From positions 96,001-160,000 of the forward strand of contig CAWDYC010000008.1 of NCBI GenBank assembly GCA_963806535.1: a DNA stretch of 64,000 bases, written 5' to 3'. The notes beneath the pieces are model-generated. The model searched no databases. It was not told the DNA's origin and was given only the letters and a program-made list of their open reading frames with translations. This document shows, piece after piece, positions 1-9,446 of this stretch (position 1 is its first letter; each line of letters starts with the position of its first letter). Origin of the DNA: Candidatus Bathyarchaeota archaeon. GTDB lineage: Archaea > Thermoproteota > Bathyarchaeia > Bathyarchaeales > Bathycorpusculaceae. The position numbers were made by a program, and so were the translations under genes.

Positions 1-25
1 TCAATGAGACGATAACCCAAAAGGA

Positions 26-427
26 ATGATCAAACCCACCATCTATCAAATAATATCAGGGATATTTAGTGCACTTGTGCTTCTGTTTGTCTTCTACGCA
101 CTGGGTGAGTTTATTGGATTTGACAAAGTCCTCATCACCAACACAATAGTCAGTAACATCCAAGTGCAGGGAGTAATGCTTGCAGGATTCTCTCAGATAG
201 TAAGCAGCACTCTTTACAATGTTCTTGGAATAGCACCTGTACTCTCAGTAGCCTCAAGTCTTCTATCAGGATTTGCCGCATTCTGGTTCAGACTGGTTGT
301 ATCATTTGGATACTTCCAATTAATAGTTGCAGAGAAATGTGTTCCATTCTTCTGCAGAAAATGCGGAGGATGGAGATCAATGAGAAAGAAGAGCTGTGAT
401 GATCCAATAATCAAGAAGAAAAAATAA
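26..427 (+). CDS. Hypothetical membrane protein with a Cys-containing basic C-tail
   Basis: 133-aa ORF with 2-3 hydrophobic segments and C-terminal CRKC; no family recognised. Confidence 0.4.
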   Translation: MIKPTIYQIISGIFSALVLLFVFYALGEFIGFDKVLITNTIVSNIQVQGVMLAGFSQIVSSTLYNVLGIAPVLSVASSLLSGFAAFWFRLVVSFGYFQLIVAEKCVPFFCRKCGGWRSMRKKSCDDPIIKKKK

Positions 428-719
428 CAAGTAATATGGGGATTTTAGCGGAAAGTTTAAGGCAACACAGAAAAGCGTGTCTGCCATATTGTTTATTGAG
501 AGGGTTTTGTGAGTAAACGTAGATTTTTTGATTCTCCAAATTGCGGATGCTGTATCTACAAAGCAAGTAGTTACTGTTGGGGGCAATGCTCCCTAAATAT
601 CTGGAAAAGAGACAGAGAGTATTGATGCATTTTGAAATCGGTTTTGCTAGCGCTTTCTGTTAGACTTGCCTGCGACATCTTTAGAGTAATTCGGTTTTTC
701 TTAGCGGTGACCTAAGAAG

Positions 720-1052
720 TTGGATTCCGTTTTGGAAAAGACCTACACACTTATTGTAAAAGTGGTTGACTTTCAAAGAAATAAACCAATCCAGAATGTT
801 AACGTAAAAGTTTTCAGATTAGAAAAAGAATCAATAACACTCAAACAATGGGCTGAAAATCTCAAAAATGGAAGCCCCTTTAGAAGATTGATGATCTCAA
901 TGAATACAGATAATTCCGGGAAGATAATTGCCGAGCTTACAGAGGGTATTTATGAAATTGAAGTCGAGAAATGCGGCTATGCTAAGGTTTGCGACCTAAA
1001 GAAAAATGAGGAAGCTGTTTTTGTTGAGCCGAAAAAGCAGTGGTGGCGATAA
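720..1052 (+). CDS. Hypothetical protein, carboxypeptidase-regulatory-like beta-sandwich
   Basis: Pattern VKVVD..NKPIQNVNVKV...TDNSG....L.EG.YEIEVEK.GY is typical of this fold; GGTGA upstream of a TTG start. Confidence 0.55.
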   Translation: MDSVLEKTYTLIVKVVDFQRNKPIQNVNVKVFRLEKESITLKQWAENLKNGSPFRRLMISMNTDNSGKIIAELTEGIYEIEVEKCGYAKVCDLKKNEEAVFVEPKKQWWR

Positions 1053-1175
1053 TCACTTTTTTGGAAAGAGTGATAGATTGAATATTTTGGTTAAAGTGAG
1101 TTATGCCACGTAAGTTATGGATGGTTTTTTAAAGCTTATTATTGGAAAGACCAACGAGAATACAACACAACATTT

Positions 1176-1211
1176 ATATGAATAATTATTCATATGAAAT
1201 ATAATTCATAC
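1176..1211. promoter_or_regulatory. Two overlapping ArsR/SmtB-type operators over the TATA box of the arsR operon
   Basis: Perfect 20-bp palindrome ATATGAATAATTATTCATAT (1176-1195) and a second site ATATGAAATATAATTCATAC (1192-1211), both ATATGAA-N6-TTCATAY; TTTATAT at 1173-1179. Confidence 0.75.
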
Positions 1212-1237
1212 TAACATTAGGGGCAAGATGAAACAAA

Positions 1238-1559
1238 ATGAAAACAGGATATAACAAAAATCTGCTACCGCTTCTTCTCCAACCTCGCAAACCCCACAAG
1301 ACTCGCCGCACTTGAACAATTAATGGAGAAACCAATGAGCGTAAACGAACTCGCAACCGCACTTGGGCAGGAACAAAGCATGATTTCACACAACCTAAAA
1401 CCCTTGCTCCAATGCAACCTCATCCTCGTCAAAAAAGAAGGCAAAAAACACATCTACACAGTCAATGAAGAAACCCTGCGCCCAATCTTTGATGCCATCC
1501 AAAACCACGCAGAAAAATTCTGCCCCACAGGCGGAAAGTGCCTAAGAGGAGAAAACTAA
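1238..1559 (+). CDS. ArsR/SmtB family transcriptional regulator (one apparent +1 frameshift near 1258)
   Basis: Removing one A from the A-run at 1256-1260 gives MKTGYNKICYRFFSNLANPTRLAALEQLMEKPMSVNELATALGQEQSMISHNLKPL..., a complete ArsR wHTH; C-terminal HAEKFCPTGGKC. Confidence 0.85.
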
Positions 1560-1560
1560 C

Positions 1561-2205
1561 ATGAAAAGAAAAATTGTAAACATAAATGAAAATCTCTGTA
1601 ACGGATGCGGAGCCTGCATACCTAAATGCGCAGAAGGCGCATTACAAATTGTAAATGGGAAGGCGAAAATTATCAAGGAGGTTTACTGTGACGGACTTGG
1701 CGCGTGTTTGGGTCAGTGCCCGCAAGGAGCAATTACCATAACGGAACGGGAAGCTGAACCTTTCAGTGAAACGGAAACTCATGAACACCTAAAAAGCAGA
1801 ACCCCAGAACCAACCATAACCATCCAAAGTAACCAGACTCCGCAAAAACCGCAATGGCCAGTAAAACTAGACCTTGTCCCGATAAAAGCGCCGTTTTTTG
1901 AAAACGCCAATCTGTTATTTGCCGCTGATTGCGCTCCGATTGCACTTAAAAACTTCCACGATTTAATGGTAGGTAAACGAACCATTATTGGCTGCCCAAA
2001 ATTCAACGATGCAATGGCTTATGCTGAGAAATTGGCTGAAATCTTCAAACAAAATACCATTGCCTCTGTAACTGTTGTTCACATGGAAGTTCCATGTTGC
2101 ACTGGCTTGAAATGGGCAGTAAACAAAGCGCTTGCAACCTCAGGCAAACAAATCCCAGTTAAAGAGCTTGAAGTAAAGATTGGAGGTGAAATAGTTGAGC
2201 TCTAA
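1561..2205 (+). CDS. 2x[4Fe-4S] ferredoxin-domain protein with a Cys-containing C-terminal domain
   Basis: CNGCGACIPKC and CDGLGACLGQCP motifs, then QWPVKL, ADC, IGCPK, MEVPCC. Confidence 0.85.
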   Translation: MKRKIVNINENLCNGCGACIPKCAEGALQIVNGKAKIIKEVYCDGLGACLGQCPQGAITITEREAEPFSETETHEHLKSRTPEPTITIQSNQTPQKPQWPVKLDLVPIKAPFFENANLLFAADCAPIALKNFHDLMVGKRTIIGCPKFNDAMAYAEKLAEIFKQNTIASVTVVHMEVPCCTGLKWAVNKALATSGKQIPVKELEVKIGGEIVEL

Positions 2206-2449
2206 AGACAAACCAACGGAAAAGAATCCACAAACTTGCCCGGGACTTCGAGATCTTCTTCAGCCAAAACCGGCATACATTAAATGCCATGTTTGCGGTG
2301 GCGACCTTGAAATCTGGAGCGATGAAGACAAAACAACGTGCCCCTCATGTGGTGCTGAATGGAAACGCCCTGACAAATCAGCCGCTTGCCTAGAATATTG
2401 CCAGTACGCTGACAAATGCCGAGGCATAATTGAATCGCGAAAATCATAG
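2195..2449 (+). CDS. Small Cys-rich zinc-ribbon protein
   Basis: CPG...CHVCG..LEIWSDE...CPSCG...CLEYC...C; overlaps the upstream stop, GGAGGTGA Shine-Dalgarno site upstream. Confidence 0.75.
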   Translation: MSSKDKPTEKNPQTCPGLRDLLQPKPAYIKCHVCGGDLEIWSDEDKTTCPSCGAEWKRPDKSAACLEYCQYADKCRGIIESRKS

Positions 2450-2571
2450 GAAATCCTTTTTTTAACTTCAATACTTTCTTTTACATTTCAAAATTATCTT
2501 TAGTCGAAAAAAGTCAATGGTTTACCTGTTTTAATTCTTAATCTTTCAGGAAATTAAAAAATGGCTCCCGC

Positions 2572-2685
2572 TCACTCAGATGGGTGATACCATTTCCGAA
2601 TTGAGGCAGCAACTTCTTTTGAGTAACCATAATCAGTTAATTTGCTAAAAACTTGCTCTGGTTTAGGGTTGCTTCGTCGAGGCAT
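2572..2685 (-). CDS. Putative 37-aa small protein MPRRSNPKPEQVFSKLTDYGYSKEVAASIRKWYHPSE
   Basis: Translated by hand; ATG at 2685 to TGA at 2572, T-tract downstream; below the ORF track cutoff. Confidence 0.45.
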   Translation of the reverse strand: MPRRSNPKPEQVFSKLTDYGYSKEVAASIRKWYHPSE

Positions 2686-2870
2686 ATCTTCATTTTTGAC
2701 CGGCTTTAATTTAAACTTTCAGAATTCCAAATCTTACTGTAGATGTGTAGAACAAAAATACACAACCATCAGTCTATTTCTCTGGACACTAATTTTCTCC
2801 ATATATAGAAAGAAATGAATGAATGTTAACTCGCTAATTTAATCTTAGAAAAAAGAAAGTGGAAGAATGT

Positions 2871-2951
2871 TTATTCTTCGTCTTCGCAGTCTTCACAGTC
2901 GCAGTCGTCTTCGCAGTCTTCGTCTTCTTCTTCAAATCTGTACAATACCAT
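2871..2951 (-). CDS. 26-aa acidic Cys-rich micropeptide MVLYRFEEEDEDCEDDCDCEDCEDEE
   Basis: Translated by hand; ATG at 2951 to TAA at 2871; TTATAG TATA-like box about 36-41 nt upstream; T-rich tract after the stop. Confidence 0.7.
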   Translation of the reverse strand: MVLYRFEEEDEDCEDDCDCEDCEDEE

Positions 2952-3154
2952 TTTCAAAAACCCAACAAAGGGTAATAACGCTGCCCTATAAGTCTTCTCC
3001 AAATGAGGGTTTTAAATGAACCTATTAAAATTTTGAAGAAAATGTGAAAGTGACGTTCTAAATAAGTTTTGAAGCTACTTGAAGCTATTCTGCCTTATTT
3101 TATGGTTTTCCAGAAAGCTTATTATGATTACAGAAATTACTTTTGATGATTGTC

Positions 3155-3922
3155 ATGGACATTCTTGAAGTCAAAGATTTGACTATTCGAGTTGAAGATA
3201 AAGAAATTCTCAATGGCATAAGTTTGAGTCTTAAGAAGGGCGAGGGGCACATTTTATTTGGTCCTAATGGTTCTGGAAAAACAACCCTGATAAGTGCCAT
3301 TATGGGTCTTCCTTCCTACGAGGTTACTTCTGGAAAAATATTCTTTGAAGGCAAAGATATTACAGCAACAAGTGTTGATGAACGCGCAAAATTAGGCATT
3401 GTCGTTAGCTTCCAAAATCCTCCGGAAATTGCTGGAGTAAAACTCGTTGATCTGTTAAAATTATGCATAGGAAAAACTGTTGAAGAAGAGTTTAGCTCTG
3501 AAGAAAACGAGCTTATTGAGACTTTTCAGTTAACTAACTTCTTAAATAGGGACCTTAATGTTGGTTTTTCCGGCGGCGAAAGAAAACGCTCAGAAATTCT
3601 TCAGCTGATCTTGCTTAAACCCAAACTACTGCTCCTTGACGAACCAGATTCAGGCGTTGATGTTGAGAGTCTAAAATTAATTTCGACTGCCATTCAAAGG
3701 TACATAGAAAAAAGTGGTGCTTCAGCTTTAATAATTACGCACAAAGGAGACATACTAGAATACATTAAAGCAAAATACGGTTGTATTCTGCTCAGCGGTC
3801 AATTTCATTGCTTCACTCATCCAGACAAGATTTATGAAGATATCAAGAAAGTTGGTTACGAAGAATGCGTAGTATGCCAAAGAAGAAAAACTGGAGGCTG
3901 GAAAAATAACAAACCAGAGTGA
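3155..3922 (+). CDS. sufC: Fe-S cluster assembly ATPase SufC (SmsC type)
   Basis: Walker A GPNGSGKT, FSGGERKRSE, LLLDEPDSGVD, C-terminal C-X18-CVVC motif. Confidence 0.92.
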   Translation: MDILEVKDLTIRVEDKEILNGISLSLKKGEGHILFGPNGSGKTTLISAIMGLPSYEVTSGKIFFEGKDITATSVDERAKLGIVVSFQNPPEIAGVKLVDLLKLCIGKTVEEEFSSEENELIETFQLTNFLNRDLNVGFSGGERKRSEILQLILLKPKLLLLDEPDSGVDVESLKLISTAIQRYIEKSGASALIITHKGDILEYIKAKYGCILLSGQFHCFTHPDKIYEDIKKVGYEECVVCQRRKTGGWKNNKPE

Positions 3923-5030
3923 TCTAACCAAGGTTCCCGAAGAAATCCTAAGAGAAGCCCAACAGGCTGGCATAGAATCCACCTCTGAGAATAGGGCAGG
4001 ATCCTTTTTCCATATGGATTCTGCTACCATTCAATCAAAAGTTAGCGAGGCATATGAAGGAAAAATTGAACTTATGGATGTTAAGTCTGCTCTTAAGAAA
4101 TATTCATGGCTTAAGGAGTACTTTTGGAAAATCGTTGACAAAAACAAGGATGAATTTACCAAGAAAGTTGAAGAAGATTATAGCGGTGGCTATTTTATAC
4201 ACATCTTGCCTGGAGCTGACATAACTTTTCCGCTGCAATCTTGTCTTATGATAACTCAAAAAAACCTTGAACAGCGTGTGCATAATATCATAATTGCTGA
4301 AGAAGGCTCCAAGTCACACATAATTACCAGTTGCCTGCAACATTCCACGGTTGAAAAAGCGTCGCATTTGGGAATTTCTGAAATATACGTAAAAAGAGGC
4401 GCTATGCTCAATTTCACTATGATCCATCAATGGAGCGAGGATACGCTAGTGCGCCCAAGAAGCGCAGCTGAAATAGCTGACAAAGCCACCTTTGTCTCAA
4501 ACTACGTGTGTATGCGCCCCGTTAGGGATATACAAATGTACCCTTCAGCCAACTGCATAGGTGAGGATTCTCGAGTAAGCTTTAACAGCATTCTTTATGG
4601 TCACAAGAACTCTTTGTTGGATATAGGATCTAAAGCAGTTTTAACTGGAAAAGGCAGTAAAGCCGAAATGATAAGTCGAGCCATTGCAAGGGAAGGCTCA
4701 AAAATAATTGTTCGAGGATTAATCGATGGTAATAGTTCTGAATGTAAAGGGCACCTTGAATGTAGAGGGTTGCTTATGGATGACCTATCTTTGATGCAGT
4801 CCATACCTGAATTGATCGCTAGAAAGAAGGGCGTGGAAATAACCCACGAAGCGGCAGTTGGCAAAATATCGGAGAAAGAAATAACTTATCTGCAAACACG
4901 TAAACTTTCCCGCGACCAAGCAGTCTCTTTAATCATACGAGGCTTCATGGATGTTGGCATACTTGGCTTGCCTGACGCGTTAAATGCGGAAATCAAGAAA
5001 ATAATAGAAACTTCTACCCAAGCCACTTAG
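3891..5030 (+). CDS. sufB: Fe-S cluster assembly scaffold SufB/SufD family (SmsB type); start uncertain
   Basis: FPLQSC, QRVHNIIIAEEGS, KGHLECRGL, ITHEAAVGKI, LIIRGF; the frame stays open upstream of the tracked ATG 4014 (...QAGIESTSENRAGSFFHMD) to an in-frame CTG at 3891. Confidence 0.9.
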   Translation: MEAGKITNQSDLTKVPEEILREAQQAGIESTSENRAGSFFHMDSATIQSKVSEAYEGKIELMDVKSALKKYSWLKEYFWKIVDKNKDEFTKKVEEDYSGGYFIHILPGADITFPLQSCLMITQKNLEQRVHNIIIAEEGSKSHIITSCLQHSTVEKASHLGISEIYVKRGAMLNFTMIHQWSEDTLVRPRSAAEIADKATFVSNYVCMRPVRDIQMYPSANCIGEDSRVSFNSILYGHKNSLLDIGSKAVLTGKGSKAEMISRAIAREGSKIIVRGLIDGNSSECKGHLECRGLLMDDLSLMQSIPELIARKKGVEITHEAAVGKISEKEITYLQTRKLSRDQAVSLIIRGFMDVGILGLPDALNAEIKKIIETSTQAT

Positions 5031-5110
5031 AAATCGCAGGTCAACATAAAAAACAGGTGGCAATTCATCCTTCCTAAACCAATAAGTAGACGCTCAACCA
5101 ACCTTACTTT

Positions 5111-6693
5111 ATGGTAAACGCTACTTTTCCGAAGATAACTTATGTTACTTTGTTTGCAGATGAGAGCTATTCACCCCAAATATGAGGCTGCTTTGGGAAA
5201 ATTTGAGAAAGAGCTTGGTCGCCGCTATCCCATGTTCATTGGCGAAGAAGAAGTATGGTCAGATTCTGGCGAGTTTGAGCATCACAGCCCCATTGACACT
5301 TCAATAACTGTGGGAAAATTCCAAGTCGGCACGCAAAAACATGCCAAGCTTGCAATCGCGGCAGCCAAAGAAGTCGTTCCCAGGGTGGAGCCAAAAAGGG
5401 TGGCAAGAACGGGTCAACATCATGAACAAGGCAGCAGATTTGATTGATGAACGGAAATTTGACATCGCGGTTGCTATCACATATGAAGTCGGAAAGAACC
5501 GTCTTGAAGCCCTTGCTGAATGCTGGGAAGCCATAGACGCAATAAAATTCTACACAAAAATCATGCAAGAGAACAACGGGTACATCAAAAAGATGGAAGA
5601 AGGTGGACCTGGCGAGGATTGCAAGGTTGTCTCAAAACCATTCGGCGTCTGGCCTGTAATTTCGCCCTTTAACTTCCCATTCATGTTAGCCAACGGAATG
5701 GCTCTTGGCGCCCTCCTTACAGGAAACACAGTTATCCTAAAGCCAACAAGCGAGGCTCCGCTCACGGGCTTAATGCTCTATAATGTCTTCAAGGATGCAG
5801 GAGTGCCTGAAGGAGCAATCAACTATGTCACAGGTCCTGGTCCAAATTTTGAGGAGGAGTTTGTTTCAAACAAAGATGTTGCAGGAATCGCTTTCACAGG
5901 CTCAAGAGAAGTTGGAATGAGACTTTATCGTGAGTTTTTGACTCAGCAGCCGTATCCTAAGCCGATCGTGCTTGAGATGGGAAGCAAAAACCCAGTTGTT
6001 ATAACTTCGTCAGCTGACATCGGCAAAGCGGTTGAGGGAACGGTTAGGTCGGCGTTTGGCTATGGCGGGCAGAAATGCAGTGCAACATCAAGAATCTATG
6101 TGCAGAGCAATATTCGAGACAAATTCTTGGATAAGCTTAGGGAACGAATTGAGAAGATAGTTGTGGGTGATCCTAGGGAAAAAGAGGTTTTCATGGGACC
6201 AGTGATTAACAAAACCGCAGTAGAGAAATTCACTAGGGCATTAACCGAAGCAAAGGAAGCAGGTGGAAAAGTGATTACTGGCGGCAAATGTTCTCCGAAG
6301 GCAAATTCAAAAATGGATTCTACCTATCGCCCACAGTCATAATTGGGTTGCCACAAACTCACAGGCTCTTCAAAGATGAGCTATTCACGCCGTTGATTGT
6401 TGTTGACGAATTCAAAACCCTTGATGAAGCCATAGCAAAAGTCAACGACACCGAATATGGATTGACAGCAGGCATCTTCTCCGAAGATCCAAAGGAAATA
6501 CAAACCTTCATGAATCATGTGCAGTTCGGAGTTCTCTATGCAAATCAGGAGCGGTGGAGCAACAACGGGAGCATGGCCAGGTGCCCAATCCTTTACAGGC
6601 TGGAACGCCAGCGGCGCAACGGGACGAGGAGTTGGAGGATCGAATTATCTGCTTAATTTTCTCCGCGACCAATCCCAAACGATCGTTTCCTAG
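5111..6693 (+). CDS. Aldehyde dehydrogenase, 1-pyrroline-5-carboxylate dehydrogenase-like (four apparent frameshifts)
   Basis: ISPFNFP, FTGS, LEMGSKNP, GQKCSA, ELFTP, EYGLTAG, ending GAWPGAQSFTGWNASG..LRDQSQTIVS*; frame changes near 5167, 5371, 6288 and 6547. Confidence 0.85.
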
Positions 6694-6715
6694 TTTTGGA
6701 TCTTTACCATTTAGT

Positions 6716-7015
6716 TTATTTCTGTATTCCTATATCTTTCGCCCAAGTGAAGCCTTCTAAATACTTCAACACGGGAGAAATTCGCACTTTTCCAATGAGC
6801 CTGAATGGTTCAACAGCGTTATTAAGTGTTGTAACATCGTTTGCTTCCAAAATAAAGTACCATACGTGTCCAGGCGCATCAAGATATCCTTCCATAACCT
6901 TTACTCCTGATTTCTTCATGCTTTCTTCCACTTTTTCAATAAACTTATCGTCAGGTCTCATTAATCCTCCAGGACAGTTTTCAGCAGAATGTTTTGCAGT
7001 AATAACAAAAAGCAA
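6716..7015 (-). CDS. Small ferredoxin-like-fold protein (GYD/DUF3303-like)
   Basis: MLFVITAKHSAENCP...GVKV...PGH...ILEA; GGAGG Shine-Dalgarno site upstream. Confidence 0.6.
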   Translation of the reverse strand: MLFVITAKHSAENCPGGLMRPDDKFIEKVEESMKKSGVKVMEGYLDAPGHVWYFILEANDVTTLNNAVEPFRLIGKVRISPVLKYLEGFTWAKDIGIQK

Positions 7016-7135
7016 CTCAACACACCTCCTTTTTTCGATTCATTGGTAGACGTGTAGGATAAGTTGTTTCTTAAGCGTATGTGATTGCAGAGTGACAGCC
7101 ACATTTTTATCGAATAGACATGACTTATTAGATGG

Positions 7136-7771
7136 TTGGTTAGGATGCTTACAGAAGCTGAGATATCAAATTTAGGAGATCAATATCGATGTCCAATGGG
7201 ACGCCGCGGTAGATTAGTTGCCACAATGATGAATCAGCATCATGAAGCACTTACGCTATGGGGATTAGCAAAAGTAACAATCAACTCAGACTATGTGATT
7301 TTGGATGTTGGTTGTGGAGGCGGCAAAACAATTACCACGATAGCCAAACTGGCACCTCAAGGCAAAGTCTACGGTATTGATTATTCAGTTGACATGGTTA
7401 AATTCTCGAAAAAAATCAACAAAACGCTGATTGCCCAAAATCGAGTCGAAATAATAGAAGGGTCAGTTGAAAAAATAAGTTTTGAGGATAACTTTTTTGA
7501 TTTGGTGACAGCCATTGAAACCTATTATTTTTGGAGCGATCTTCTCATCGGCTTCAAGGAAATACATCGAGTGTTAAAATCAGATGGAAAACTGCTTTTA
7601 GTTAATGAACTTCTATATGGGATTACGCCTGCAAAAATTATTAAAGAAACACATGTAAAACTTTTCCCTCTGAAAGAAATTCAGAATCTTTTGCAGTTGG
7701 CTGGTTTTGTAGATGTTCAAGTTTTTACTGAAGCTGAATCGCCTTGGAACGCAATTATTGCCAAAAAATAA
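7136..7771 (+). CDS. Class I SAM-dependent methyltransferase
   Basis: ILDVGCGGG, GIDYS, FDLVTAIETYYFW, EIHRVLK. Confidence 0.9.
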   Translation: MVRMLTEAEISNLGDQYRCPMGRRGRLVATMMNQHHEALTLWGLAKVTINSDYVILDVGCGGGKTITTIAKLAPQGKVYGIDYSVDMVKFSKKINKTLIAQNRVEIIEGSVEKISFEDNFFDLVTAIETYYFWSDLLIGFKEIHRVLKSDGKLLLVNELLYGITPAKIIKETHVKLFPLKEIQNLLQLAGFVDVQVFTEAESPWNAIIAKK

Positions 7772-7949
7772 CAGGGTTAATTGAGTCATTTATTACAGTT
7801 ACACAGAAATCTGCGATTTGCGAAGGAGGATTGCTGCCTATTAATTTCGCTTTTTCTTTTCAGTTGAAAGACCGTTCACATTAAATTTAAGAATCCCAAT
7901 TCAATTTATTTAACTCCCACTAGCATTATCTAAGCAAGGTTCTCCAAAC

Positions 7950-8945
7950 ATGAGCAGCAACGAAACAAATAAACCATCAATGGACGAAGCTATCATAGAT
8001 TTTCTTTCCAAGAAAGGCGGAATAACTGATCAAACAGAAAAATTGGCTCTTAGTCGAATTACCACCAAGATTGGAGTCAGCCTTCAAGAAGTAGAAGTCA
8101 GCATCAATAGGTTAAGTTCAAAAAACTTAATACGGAAAATTTACGTGCAAGGCAAAGTTGGTTTTGAATTAACTCCAAAAGGAAGATCAGCAATTGAGGC
8201 TCTGGCAAAAGCCGAAACAGACCGCATCACAAAAAAACTGCAAGAGGCGATAGAACAGGAACAAAAAGCTAAGCAAAGATTGAATGCAGTCAGAAAAATT
8301 AGGTTGATTGAAAATGAATGGCAAAAATACCGAATACCCGACAATAAACTGATGAATAACATTGAGGAAGAATCATTAAGACTTCTTTCAACAACAAAAG
8401 AAATTAAAGAAAAACAACCTATTTGCGAGTTAAACCCTCAAAATTACGATCAAGAATTCTCACAATACAAGCTTGAAGTTGAAAAACTAATTGGACAAAA
8501 CAGTAACCTGACCCAATTAGTTGACAATTATGCAAGAATCAGAAATGACCAATTGTCAATATCGTCTGATATTCAAAACATCAAGAGAACCATTACGAAA
8601 TACGAACCTTTGGTAGAAGCCGCAGCTCATGTAAATGAACTAAAAATTTCTCTTGGAAAATTAAAATTAATTCAGTCTCAAATAGAGACCTTTGAGAAGG
8701 AAAAGTTAGACCGATTTGTAGCTCTTAAGACTGAACTTAGAGATAATTCTAGACTTTTAGAGAGTCTTAAGAAACCTACCCATGAATTTAAGCCCATAAA
8801 AATTGCGACAGATACAGAAATAGCTGGGTACTTCGATACGGAAGGTCCAATAAATGATGGCTACAAAACAAGTGGCTACCCGTTAATGGAAAAATGCAGC
8901 AAATGTGGAATGAAACGAAAATCAACCCGTGTTGACATCGGATAA
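7950..8945 (+). CDS. Winged-HTH plus long coiled-coil protein of unknown function
   Basis: N-terminal wHTH with wing FELTPKGR, about 200 aa of heptad-rich helix, C-terminal CSKCG. Confidence 0.6.
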   Translation: MSSNETNKPSMDEAIIDFLSKKGGITDQTEKLALSRITTKIGVSLQEVEVSINRLSSKNLIRKIYVQGKVGFELTPKGRSAIEALAKAETDRITKKLQEAIEQEQKAKQRLNAVRKIRLIENEWQKYRIPDNKLMNNIEEESLRLLSTTKEIKEKQPICELNPQNYDQEFSQYKLEVEKLIGQNSNLTQLVDNYARIRNDQLSISSDIQNIKRTITKYEPLVEAAAHVNELKISLGKLKLIQSQIETFEKEKLDRFVALKTELRDNSRLLESLKKPTHEFKPIKIATDTEIAGYFDTEGPINDGYKTSGYPLMEKCSKCGMKRKSTRVDIG

Positions 8946-9181
8946 ATGTTTGCCTGTTTTCAGCTTTCTAAGACCAAGCACAACAGTGACGATAGCGACT
9001 ATAATGATGACTGCTCCAGCAATGATTAATTCTTCAAATTGGCTTTGGGTAGATGAGGCCGATGGAGCAGTCGCTAGATTCATCACGACTTGGTGAATGC
9101 TTGATGGTGTGTGAAACTAATAAACCAAGAATCTCCCTGTGATTCGCTGATGTAAACCAACTGTTTTTCGTCTAGGTCCAT
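8922..9181 (-). pseudogene. Remnant C-terminus of a membrane-anchored secreted protein
   Basis: Hand translation LDEKQLVYISESQGDSWFISFTHH/SIHQVVMNL...LIIAGAVIIIVAIVTVVLGLRKLK (TM helix plus basic tail), one frameshift, stops upstream. Confidence 0.5.
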
Positions 9182-9446
9182 TGACTAAAAGCTTTGTTTT
9201 CAGTCAAAGTCTTTTGACTACTTTTCCGCAAGCGACTAGGTTAAGTGAACAAAGCGCTAACAGGTTACTAGAATAAAAAACCCTTAAAGTTTTTGTTCTT
9301 TGCAGGTACCAAACGAGTTGCCCTACGATAACACAGGAAAAACGTTGGTGTTGTTTAACAGTCATATTTTTAAGAACCCCAAAAATCATTATTTAATTAG
9401 ACTTGAGTGTGCATATCTGAATTCTGAAGCTAAGACGGTTGAGAAC

